The notes under the pieces were generated by a model. It did not search any database. It saw only the letters and a list, made by a program, of their open reading frames with translations, and was not told the DNA's origin. Positions 32,436 through 40,147 of a DNA stretch of 64,000 nt are shown in pieces. Origin of the DNA: Verrucomicrobiia bacterium. Its GTDB lineage: Bacteria > Verrucomicrobiota > Verrucomicrobiia > Limisphaerales > UBA1319. Location: assembly GCA_963664225.1 (NCBI GenBank), contig OY760937.1:5312001-5376000 (forward strand). The letters run 5' to 3'. The position numbers and the translations under genes are program-made. Within the stretch, counting starts at the first letter, position 1. The number at the start of each line of letters is the position of its first letter.

Positions 32436-33863
32436 TCACGAGCATTTTGTGGTGACTGGGACCGAATGCGCGGGTAAATGCAGATTCTGCAAGAAACGGG
32501 TTCCGGCCAAGTAGAGCAGGACGAGGAGCGTGATGGCCACACAGATGGGAGCCAGCCGTCCATCCACGGGAACCGTGCCCCGTCGCGGCAACTCAAAGAC
32601 GCCGTAAAGCGTATTCCCCTGGCCAGGTGAGGGCGCCCAGGTGCGCAAACCACTGACGCCTGCCACGAATTGCGAATAACCCGAACTTGCCAGACGAAAC
32701 ACCGGAATCCCGTATTCGGCGGCGCGGGCAGGACCCACCCGGGCGTGCAATCGATGTTGGTAATCTCCCCATTCCGCCACGTCCATGGTGGGCACCACGA
32801 TGGCCTGGGCTCCCATGGCCACCAGGCGATCGACCACGCGCCGATAGCTCAGATCGTAGCAGATGCAGATGCCCAACCGTCCCCAGGGCGAGTTCCAAAG
32901 TTTTTGAGCCGGTGCAGGAATGCCGTCTTTGAAGAATTGAATGGGAACGCTCTTGCCTTGTTCGAAAACCACTTTACCTCCGGGGCTTACCACAAAAGCC
33001 GTGTTCATGAATTCCCCATTCGGCAATGGCTTTTTGCCGCCGACAATGAGGAATTTGTGATGTTTCCGGCACCAATTCTTCACGCGCTCTGGCACCGGGC
33101 CATCGAAGGTGTATTCGCTCATGAGAAACATGTTGGCCCGCGGATATTTCTTGAGGGTGTCATCCAATAGAAAGGTGACCTCCAATTCAGCGGGGAATTC
33201 CGCCTGGATACCCGCTATGTGGAGGGCAGGGACCATGCGGGTCTCTTTGTTGGGCGTGTTGAAAGGAATGAAGCAGATCAGTTGCACCGCGACAACCAGC
33301 GTCAGGGCTGTGGCCAGGCGGCAGTAACGCGGCAAAATGGTGGTCCATGCGGTGGCGAGCATGAGCAGGAAGCCAATGGCATAGACGCCCAGGCCCATGA
33401 TCCGGTCCGCGTTTTCAAAGTGCCCAAAGGCGAATCCAACGCTTAACCAGGAAAAGCGCAGGTAATATAGTTCACAGCGGAAGTATTCGACAGCCGTCCA
33501 AAGGAATGGGGCCAGAATTACGAGACCGAGCATGCCCCAGCGTTTCCAACAAAGGTGGGCGCTGAGAACAAACACACCCAGCCAAAAGGACAAAATCATC
33601 CACAAGGGCAGGGCGGCGGGACCGAAAATACGCCAGAAGAATCCAAGGTGAACCGAATAGGTGGCCAGTCCCACTCCGATGGCCGTGTAGAAAGCTGCGC
33701 GCGGCGAGCCCGACCTGGCGATCATGACGAGCGCATAGAGGAAGAGAATCATCATCGCGTTGGCCTGTTCCACCAGGTAGGCGATGTGAAACGCAGCAAC
33801 CGCCATCAGGGCATATCCCAGAGTGGCCCACAGGGTCAGTCCATTATTCGGGGTCGTTTTCAT
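32436..33863 (-). CDS. Apolipoprotein N-acyltransferase-like protein (multi-TM N-domain plus nitrilase/CN-hydrolase domain)
   Basis: LWTAVEYFR...FSWLSVG Lnt-like TM motif; candidate triad SEY, GKSVP, CICYD; ARAAEYG. Confidence 0.75.
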   Translation of the reverse strand: MKTTPNNGLTLWATLGYALMAVAAFHIAYLVEQANAMMILFLYALVMIARSGSPRAAFYTAIGVGLATYSVHLGFFWRIFGPAALPLWMILSFWLGVFVLSAHLCWKRWGMLGLVILAPFLWTAVEYFRCELYYLRFSWLSVGFAFGHFENADRIMGLGVYAIGFLLMLATAWTTILPRYCRLATALTLVVAVQLICFIPFNTPNKETRMVPALHIAGIQAEFPAELEVTFLLDDTLKKYPRANMFLMSEYTFDGPVPERVKNWCRKHHKFLIVGGKKPLPNGEFMNTAFVVSPGGKVVFEQGKSVPIQFFKDGIPAPAQKLWNSPWGRLGICICYDLSYRRVVDRLVAMGAQAIVVPTMDVAEWGDYQHRLHARVGPARAAEYGIPVFRLASSGYSQFVAGVSGLRTWAPSPGQGNTLYGVFELPRRGTVPVDGRLAPICVAITLLVLLYLAGTRFLQNLHLPAHSVPVTTKCS

Positions 33864-34326
33864 GGTCTATTTCCTCCGCGATTTTGAGTGTCTGATTGCT
33901 GATTTGATCCAGCAATGACGCGACATGTTGGGTTTCCTTGACCGAAATAGCTCCCCAGACATCTTCAACGCCTTGATAATAATGAGGCAGGATCTGCTCG
34001 ATGAGCGCTTGTCCGGCTGCGGTCAGTTCAACCCTATAGGCGCGGCGATCACCGGGAACCGCCTGACGTTTTACCAGTCCACGTTTTTCCAAGCGATCCA
34101 CCAGGCCGGTTACGTTGGAGCGGTTCATGATCAGGGCGCGGCTCAGTTCAGTTTGTGACATGCCTGGAGAGGGGGCGCTCAAGAGGTTGAGAATGTTGAA
34201 CTGGCTGACGCTTAAGTCCCAACGATTAAACAGGACCCGGCTCGAATTCCAAAGGACATCGGAAGTGCGCAAGAGTTGAATGGTGGCCTGGTAGTGGGGA
34301 CCGGGGCTGCGTCTTATTGGTTTCAT
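33844..34326 (-). CDS. MarR-family transcriptional regulator
   Basis: SQFNIL...SQTELS...NVTGLVDRLEKRGLV...DRRAYRVELTAAG. Confidence 0.93.
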   Translation of the reverse strand: MKPIRRSPGPHYQATIQLLRTSDVLWNSSRVLFNRWDLSVSQFNILNLLSAPSPGMSQTELSRALIMNRSNVTGLVDRLEKRGLVKRQAVPGDRRAYRVELTAAGQALIEQILPHYYQGVEDVWGAISVKETQHVASLLDQISNQTLKIAEEIDHENDPE

Positions 34327-34336
34327 GTGAATAGAT

Positions 34337-34363
34337 TACATCAATAATGTATATATGTAAACA
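34337..34363. promoter_or_regulatory. Probable MarR autoregulatory operator (AT-rich palindromes)
   Basis: TACAT-N5-ATGTA and TGTATATATGTAAACA (12/16 self-complementary) immediately upstream of marR. Confidence 0.45.
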
Positions 34364-34608
34364 ATATCGAAAACAAAATGCAACAAACTGATATGCAGTG
34401 ACTTGCGACTCAATAAATGTGCGGTTTCAAAAAATATTGTGGTAACCGAGACGGGGGATGCTGACCAGAGTTGCACCTGGAAACACAGAAGGCCTGGGTT
34501 TCCTGCCGTCTACAAGCACATGCCTGGATGCGCCTTCATTTGGTAGTGTTCCGTCCCGCCAAAATGGCTGACGAATTGGTTTCAGATGACCCGGAGTGGG
34601 GTTTGATT

Positions 34609-34705
34609 CAACCCTTGCAGGGTAGGCGATTTCAGGGGGCGATTACCCCGGGTAGACCTCGGCGGTCAACCCGGGGCTGAGAGATTGCAACCCGTTCCGG
34701 GTTGC
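34609..34705. repeat. REP/REPIN-like intergenic element of three tandem hairpins
   Basis: ACCCT-TGC-AGGGT; CCCCGGGTAGACC-N5-GGTCAACCCGGGG; GCAACCCG-TTC-CGGGTTGC. Confidence 0.6.
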
Positions 34706-34892
34706 CGATACGGGCGGATTCGTTAGGTCGGGTGGTGGCGGAAAGAGGATTTGAGAATGTTTGCTGCGAGGTCTGTTCGGACAGGAAATGCGGATCCCGG
34801 CACCCTCACCCCGGCACACGGACCAAAGGGGCCATATTGTTGATCCACTTTATGCGGATTCCGTTTGCGGAGGTTATTACTCCGCGCGCAAA

Positions 34893-35648
34893 TTATTTGG
34901 ATGGAGAATCTGGATCGTTGAGTTTTTCAGCGATTTTGAGGGGGAACATGCGTTTCTTCATCCAACGCACGGCCAGGAGATCGTAAAAGGAGGCGAAGAG
35001 GCGGTTCCAGACTCCGTAGTTGCTCTGCCCGGCAAATCGGGGGTTGTTGCTGACGGATATTTCCGTGACCGTGAAGCCCTCGATTTTGAAGAGGGTTGGC
35101 AGAAAGCGGTGCATTCCTTTGAAGAATTTCAGGTTTTGAACGCACTCGCGGCGGAAGGCACGGTAGGTGCATCCGGCGTCGCTGATTTTTTCGCCGGAAA
35201 GGGCGTTGCGGACCGCATTGGCGATGCGAGAGGAGATAATGCGGATGATGTTGTCGCCTTTGCCGCGACTTTCCACGCGGGTGCCGCAGACGCAATCGAA
35301 TGTTTTCAGCGCTTCGAGAAAACCGGGCAGATCGCGAGGGTCATTTTGAAGGTCGGCATCGAGAGTGACCAGATATTGGCCGCGGGCGGCCTTGAGTCCG
35401 CACCAACTGGCAGCGGACTCACCGGAATTGCGGGATAAACGCTGGGCACGGATGCGCGGGTCCGCAGCGGCCAGTTCTTTCAGGATCGTCCATGAACGGT
35501 CTTTGCTGCAATCATCGGTGATGACCACTTCATAGGAAATATGAAGTGGATCCACCGTTTGACGAATGGCTTTGACCAATTCCTGGAGGTTCCCCTCCTC
35601 ATTGTAGCAGGGGATAACCAGACTTATGACGGGCGCTTCCGGGGTCAT
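34893..35648 (-). CDS. GT2 polyprenol-phosphate glycosyltransferase (DPM1/ArnC-like, no C-terminal TMs)
   Basis: SLVIPCYNE, DDCSKD, TLDADLQNDP, MHRFLP. Confidence 0.9.
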   Translation of the reverse strand: MTPEAPVISLVIPCYNEEGNLQELVKAIRQTVDPLHISYEVVITDDCSKDRSWTILKELAAADPRIRAQRLSRNSGESAASWCGLKAARGQYLVTLDADLQNDPRDLPGFLEALKTFDCVCGTRVESRGKGDNIIRIISSRIANAVRNALSGEKISDAGCTYRAFRRECVQNLKFFKGMHRFLPTLFKIEGFTVTEISVSNNPRFAGQSNYGVWNRLFASFYDLLAVRWMKKRMFPLKIAEKLNDPDSPSK

Positions 35649-36751
35649 GCCCTGCCGTAAAAGGCTTTAATGGTGTCGCAAACCCGATCCACATCCTCCA
35701 GGGGCAGTTCGCCGTGGATGGGCAGGGAAAGGATTTCTTTGACGGCCTTTTCGGTGTTCGGAAGGGTGGGTTGAGTGCCAAAGAGACTGGTCACAGCGGG
35801 TTGCTGGTGGTTGGGCACGGGATAGTGAATCCCGGTCTCAATGTTGTTATCCTTAAGATATTTGGCCAATTCATCGCGTTTTTCACAACGGACGACATAC
35901 ATGTGATAAACGGGAGTGGCGTAGGATTTTTCGACGGGTGTGCCGACAATGCCTTTGAGACGCTCGTTGTAACGGGCGGCGACCTTGCGGCGATGGGCGT
36001 TGAGGACGTCGAGGTTTTTCAAACCAACGCGACCGACGGCGGCCTGAATTTCGTTGAAGCGGACATTGTAGCCGGCGATTTCGTGCAGGTACTTGTCCTT
36101 GCGTCCGTGGTTGCGGAGCATCTTCATTTTCTCAGCCAAGGCGGCATCGGCGGTGCAGATGACGCCACCGTCTCCCATGACCGTGAGGTTTTTGGAAGGG
36201 TAGAATGAAAAGGCGCTGATGGGGGCGATGCCGCCGACGGTCTTGCCCTTGTATTTGGCACCTTGAGCCTGGGCGCAGTCTTCAATGACCCAGAGATTGT
36301 GCTTTTTGGCGATTTCGAATACGCGGTCCAGATCGACGGGGTGGCCGTAAAGGTGAACCGGAATGATACCGACGGTGCGGGGGGTGATGGCGGCCTCGAT
36401 CTTCGCGGGGTCCATGCAATAGGTGTCATCGATGTCGATGAACACGGGCTTGGCGCCGCGATGGATGAGGGGTTCCATTGTCGGGAACGCGGTATGGGAG
36501 GGGACGAGCACTTCGTCGCCGGGCTTGAGTCCCTGAGCTTCGTGGAGGAGGAGCACACCCATGGTCCAGGAGGAAACGAGGACGGCATATTTGGCGCCGG
36601 TGTGGGCGGCCAGTTCGGCTTCAAAGGCTTTGCTTTCCGGGCCGAGAATGTATTGGCCGGATTCAAGGGCCCGCATGGCGGCGTCGCGGACTTCCTGATT
36701 TAGAAAACACTTGGATAGTTTGATTTTTTTCTGGTTCGCGATTTCTGGCAT
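35645..36751 (-). CDS. DegT/DnrJ/EryC1/StrS nucleotide-sugar aminotransferase
   Basis: IIPVHLYG, IEDCAQA, FSFYPSKNL (PLP lysine), LSLPI. Confidence 0.93.
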   Translation of the reverse strand: MPEIANQKKIKLSKCFLNQEVRDAAMRALESGQYILGPESKAFEAELAAHTGAKYAVLVSSWTMGVLLLHEAQGLKPGDEVLVPSHTAFPTMEPLIHRGAKPVFIDIDDTYCMDPAKIEAAITPRTVGIIPVHLYGHPVDLDRVFEIAKKHNLWVIEDCAQAQGAKYKGKTVGGIAPISAFSFYPSKNLTVMGDGGVICTADAALAEKMKMLRNHGRKDKYLHEIAGYNVRFNEIQAAVGRVGLKNLDVLNAHRRKVAARYNERLKGIVGTPVEKSYATPVYHMYVVRCEKRDELAKYLKDNNIETGIHYPVPNHQQPAVTSLFGTQPTLPNTEKAVKEILSLPIHGELPLEDVDRVCDTIKAFYGRA

Positions 36752-36793
36752 AAATTGATTCGGTTAAGTTTTTGTAATTCGAGGTTGTGGCTT

Positions 36794-37777
36794 CTAGCGG
36801 ACGGGCGTGATTTTGCCTGATTTGGCCGATTCGACCGCCGCTTCGAGCACGCGCACGGAATCGAATCCAGCCCAGCCGTCGGCGCGAGGGGCCTGGCGTG
36901 TCTTTGTGGATTCAATGAAGGCGCGCAGTTCTGCAAGCAGCGGTTCTTCGGGTGGGCATTCGATTTGTTGGACGGGGCCTTCGACACCCTGGAAGTCCGT
37001 GCCTTTTTGCACGAAGTGATTGGGGTAGGCCTTGATCTTGTATTGGGCGACGTTGAAATCGCAGACGGCGCTGAGCTGGGATCCGATGACGGTAACCTCG
37101 CGGAATTTGCCAGGCAACCAGTAATTGGTTTCGACAGTGGCCCAGGCAACGCCTTTCGGGGTGTCGTATTCCATGGAAATGGCGGAGGCGTCCTCCATGC
37201 CACGCGCCAGAAAATCGTGCATGACGGCGCTGACGCGGGCGGGGGTGCCGCCCATGAAATAGTTGAACAGGTCGATGAAATGGATGGCATCGGCGAAGGC
37301 AATGCCGCTGTCGTTGCGGGGGCGTTTGAATCCGCTGAAATTGCCGCGCATCATGTTGATGCGGCCGAATTGACCGGATTGGATGTTGTCGCGCAGCCAT
37401 TGGGATGCCGGGTCGAAGCGGAAGATGTGGCCCACCTGAAGGATGCGGGCTTTTTCGGCGGCGAGTTCGGCCAGTTTGCGGGCTTCGGAAGAGATCAGGG
37501 TGATGGGTTTTTCCACAAACACATCCTTGCCGGCGAGCATCAAATCACGGACCAGCTCAAAGTGGGTTTGCGCTGGGGTGACGACGACGGCGGCATCCAC
37601 AACGCCAAAGAAATCCCTGGGGTCGGTGGACATGTGGTCGGCGGCGATGCCAAGCTTGCGCGCGGCATCGAGTTGCTGAGAGCGCACATCGACCACGTAG
37701 AGATCCACGGGCAAATTGTGCAATACACGCAGGTGGTTGGCCCCCCAGCGTCCTAAACCAAATAACAAAATCTTCAT
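36794..37777 (-). CDS. Gfo/Idh/MocA oxidoreductase (nucleotide-sugar dehydrogenase-like)
   Basis: GLGRWG, VFVEKPI, VGHIFRF, DAIHFID. Confidence 0.9.
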   Translation of the reverse strand: MKILLFGLGRWGANHLRVLHNLPVDLYVVDVRSQQLDAARKLGIAADHMSTDPRDFFGVVDAAVVVTPAQTHFELVRDLMLAGKDVFVEKPITLISSEARKLAELAAEKARILQVGHIFRFDPASQWLRDNIQSGQFGRINMMRGNFSGFKRPRNDSGIAFADAIHFIDLFNYFMGGTPARVSAVMHDFLARGMEDASAISMEYDTPKGVAWATVETNYWLPGKFREVTVIGSQLSAVCDFNVAQYKIKAYPNHFVQKGTDFQGVEGPVQQIECPPEEPLLAELRAFIESTKTRQAPRADGWAGFDSVRVLEAAVESAKSGKITPVR

Positions 37778-37935
37778 CACTAGGTGGCGTAAGCATTGTA
37801 AAACAGGCCACCACCGGCAAGCTTAAATTGAGGGTGTTTACCGTCATGAAATTCCGCATTTGGATTATTGACAAAGGATTTTCAACCTGCCAATGGCCGG
37901 AGGGCGCAAACAAGGGCAGGGGAGTGGAGATGGTT

Positions 37936-38102
37936 TTAACCCGAAATCCGAAATAGGAACGGCCCATCTGACGCAATCATTTGGCCATCCATGGTTTGAA
38001 ACCGGCTGCGGAGTATTGATTTAATACACCCTCGCCGATTGCAAATCATGGCTGACTCAAAGCATTGCACCATCTGGACCCTTCTTATTTCGGATTTCGG
38101 GT
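37936..38102. mobile_element. About 170-bp long imperfect palindrome (MITE/REP-like); right end interrupted by the group II intron and completed at 40078-40081
   Basis: AACCCGAAATCCGAAATA (37938-37955) is the exact reverse complement of TATTTCGGATTTCGGGT|T (38086-38102 plus 40078); ~80-nt arms pair at about 62/81 positions (hand alignment) around loop 38018-38022. Confidence 0.75.
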
Positions 38103-40077
38103 GTGCGCCAGTGAAATTGGTAGCCTCGTGGGTGAAAGTCCCGCCGGTCGAATTAGACGGTTCACGACCGAAATGCAGCGTCCGGGACGAGGCCGTGAGG
38201 CCGAACCACAAGCGGGACGCTGAAAGAACTGTCGGGTCGTAACGAAAGTAAACCTCATCAAATGAGCTCCGAAACCGAAATAACCGGTAAGCCGAGCCGC
38301 TACCCGAACGGCGAAGGCAGAAACGCGGCGTCATCAAATCGTCAAATGGGCGCTGTTGATTCCGGCGGAGTCAGCGAGGGCGACACGACAGGAAGGGAAA
38401 CCAAGGTAAGCTGGGAGATCTCTGGAGGCGGGGCGATAAAGCCTCAACCGCCGGTGCAAGGAGGAACACCCTCCGAGGCCGCACGGGCAGCCAGAGAAGT
38501 CGGAGTCTTCCATAGTAGCGAAGAAGCTGGGGCGACCAAAACCCCGGCGGAGCCAAGGGAAGGCACTTGGATCGAAGCGAATCAAAACAGCGAGGGACAG
38601 GGAGATGGCCTTGAGGGAGTGGAAACACTTTTTCAACGGATAACAACCCCGATAAAAGTTCAAAAGCTGCAGCGAGCGCTATATTGCAAAGCCAAGGCTG
38701 AGCCGAAGTATCGGTTTTACAGCCTCTACGGAGAACTGCTGCGGAAGGACGTGCTGGAAACGGCAATGGCCTCCGTGGCGCACAACAATGGCGCGGCTGG
38801 GATCGACGGGCAGACATGCGACGTCTATCTTGCCAGCGACGAAGCCTGGGACCAATGGCGGAACCAACTGCTGGAGGAGTTACGCACGAAGAAGTATCGG
38901 CCAAGCCCGGTGAAGCGTGTGTATATACCAAAAGGAGACGGGAAGCTGCGACCCCTGGGCATCCCGACAGTGAAAGACCGGGTGGTGCAGACAGCGGTGG
39001 TGATTGTATTGCTGCCGATTCTGGAAGCCGATAGTCATCCGAACAGTTACGCCTATCATCCCAAACGCAATGCCCACCAAGCAATGGAGGCGATCAAGAA
39101 GGCTACGCTGACAGGACGCGTCGAAGTTATAGACGCGGACTTAAGCGGGTATTTTGACAGCATTCCCCACAGGCGTTTGTTGCGCATAGTGGCCAAGCGG
39201 GTCAGCGATGGAACAATTCTCAAGCTGATCGCAGGATGGCTGCGCGCGCCCGTGAATGAACCGCAAAGCGACACAGGGAAAGGCGGGACAAAGGGGGGGC
39301 AAGGTCAGAATCGACGGGGGACTCCGCAAGGCGGGGTTGTATCGCCGATTTTAGCCAATGCATACCTCAACCAGTTGGATTGGGAAGTCAACGAACGCTG
39401 CGAACTCAAACCCGTGATGGTGAGATACGCGGATGATTTCGTGATACTCGGACAGCCGGGGCAGGGACGGGAACTGATGGAACGACTGGAACGATGGCTG
39501 AAGCAACGCGAGTTAGTGCTCAACGAGAAGAAGACCCGCTTGGTGGACCTCCGCCAGGATGGCATCAAATTCTTGGGATTCGCGCTAACAATGCGACAGG
39601 GGAAGGGGAAATGGAAATATCCGCATGTGGAACCCCATCCCAAGAGCCAGAAGAAGTTTCGAGACGGGATTCGGGAGAAACTCAACCGAAGCACGCTATG
39701 GCGTGATATCGGAGAGGTGATTCCCGAGCTCAACAAGAAACTCAAAGGTTGGAAGGGTTACTTTCACTACGGGAACAGCACCAAGGTGATGGGCCAGATG
39801 AACGAATACGTCAGCAGCAAGTTACAACGATGGTTGTGGCGCAAACACGGATGTAGTCGGGCGCAATGGTCCACATACCCCAAGGAGGATCTCTATGAGC
39901 GTTATGGTTTATACCAAATGCCGGAATATGCGGCATGGAAACGATGACGTCGAAGCGATGCAACGTATGATCCCCGGAGAGCCGGATGCGGGAAAACCGC
40001 CTGTCCGGTTCGATGAGGGGCGAAATGCGACGGTCATTGGCCACGGCCATTCAATCCGTCCATTTCGCCTACTCTAC
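38103..40077 (+). mobile_element. Group II intron (IIB-type ribozyme, En-minus), apparently full length
   Basis: 5' GTGCG; EBS1 ACCCGAA loop (38302-38308); DV GAGCCGGATGCGGGAAAACCGCCTGTCCGGTTC (39979-40011); DVI with bulged A40071; 3' end CTCTAC. Confidence 0.92.
38619..39947 (+). CDS. ltrA: Group II intron reverse transcriptase/maturase without an HNH endonuclease domain
   Basis: AAGIDG, RPLGIPTVKDRVVQ, DADLSGYFD, GTPQGGVVSP, YADD, FLGF, X-domain GWKGYF. Start uncertain (GTG 38619 after GAGGGA; the frame is open from 38262 across ribozyme sequence). Confidence 0.93.
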   Translation: METLFQRITTPIKVQKLQRALYCKAKAEPKYRFYSLYGELLRKDVLETAMASVAHNNGAAGIDGQTCDVYLASDEAWDQWRNQLLEELRTKKYRPSPVKRVYIPKGDGKLRPLGIPTVKDRVVQTAVVIVLLPILEADSHPNSYAYHPKRNAHQAMEAIKKATLTGRVEVIDADLSGYFDSIPHRRLLRIVAKRVSDGTILKLIAGWLRAPVNEPQSDTGKGGTKGGQGQNRRGTPQGGVVSPILANAYLNQLDWEVNERCELKPVMVRYADDFVILGQPGQGRELMERLERWLKQRELVLNEKKTRLVDLRQDGIKFLGFALTMRQGKGKWKYPHVEPHPKSQKKFRDGIREKLNRSTLWRDIGEVIPELNKKLKGWKGYFHYGNSTKVMGQMNEYVSSKLQRWLWRKHGCSRAQWSTYPKEDLYERYGLYQMPEYAAWKR

Positions 40078-40147
40078 TTAATCGTTGAGTTCGCCGGATT
40101 ACGCTTGAACAGGCCATTGCGTTGAGCAAGTATCCAAGCCCGGTAAG

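Noticed and set aside
34337..34364. dif-like site (ATAATGTATATATGTAAAC) 9 kb from xerC
   Set aside because: The XerD arm is out of register with TTATGTTAAAT (needs two gaps); position fits a MarR operator/promoter better
38262..39947. RT as a DGR, retron, CRISPR-RT or defence RT
   Set aside because: It has group II RT motifs plus a maturase X domain and is enclosed by a GUGCG 5' end and DV/DVI; no template/variable repeat pair, msr-msd or cas genes were seen
37936..40081. Integron attC site with a IIC-attC intron
   Set aside because: Ends TTTTAAC/GTTTAAT miss RYYYAAC/GTTRRRY, the length (~170 bp) is atypical, there is no intI or cassette array, and the intron has an AGC triad and EBS2
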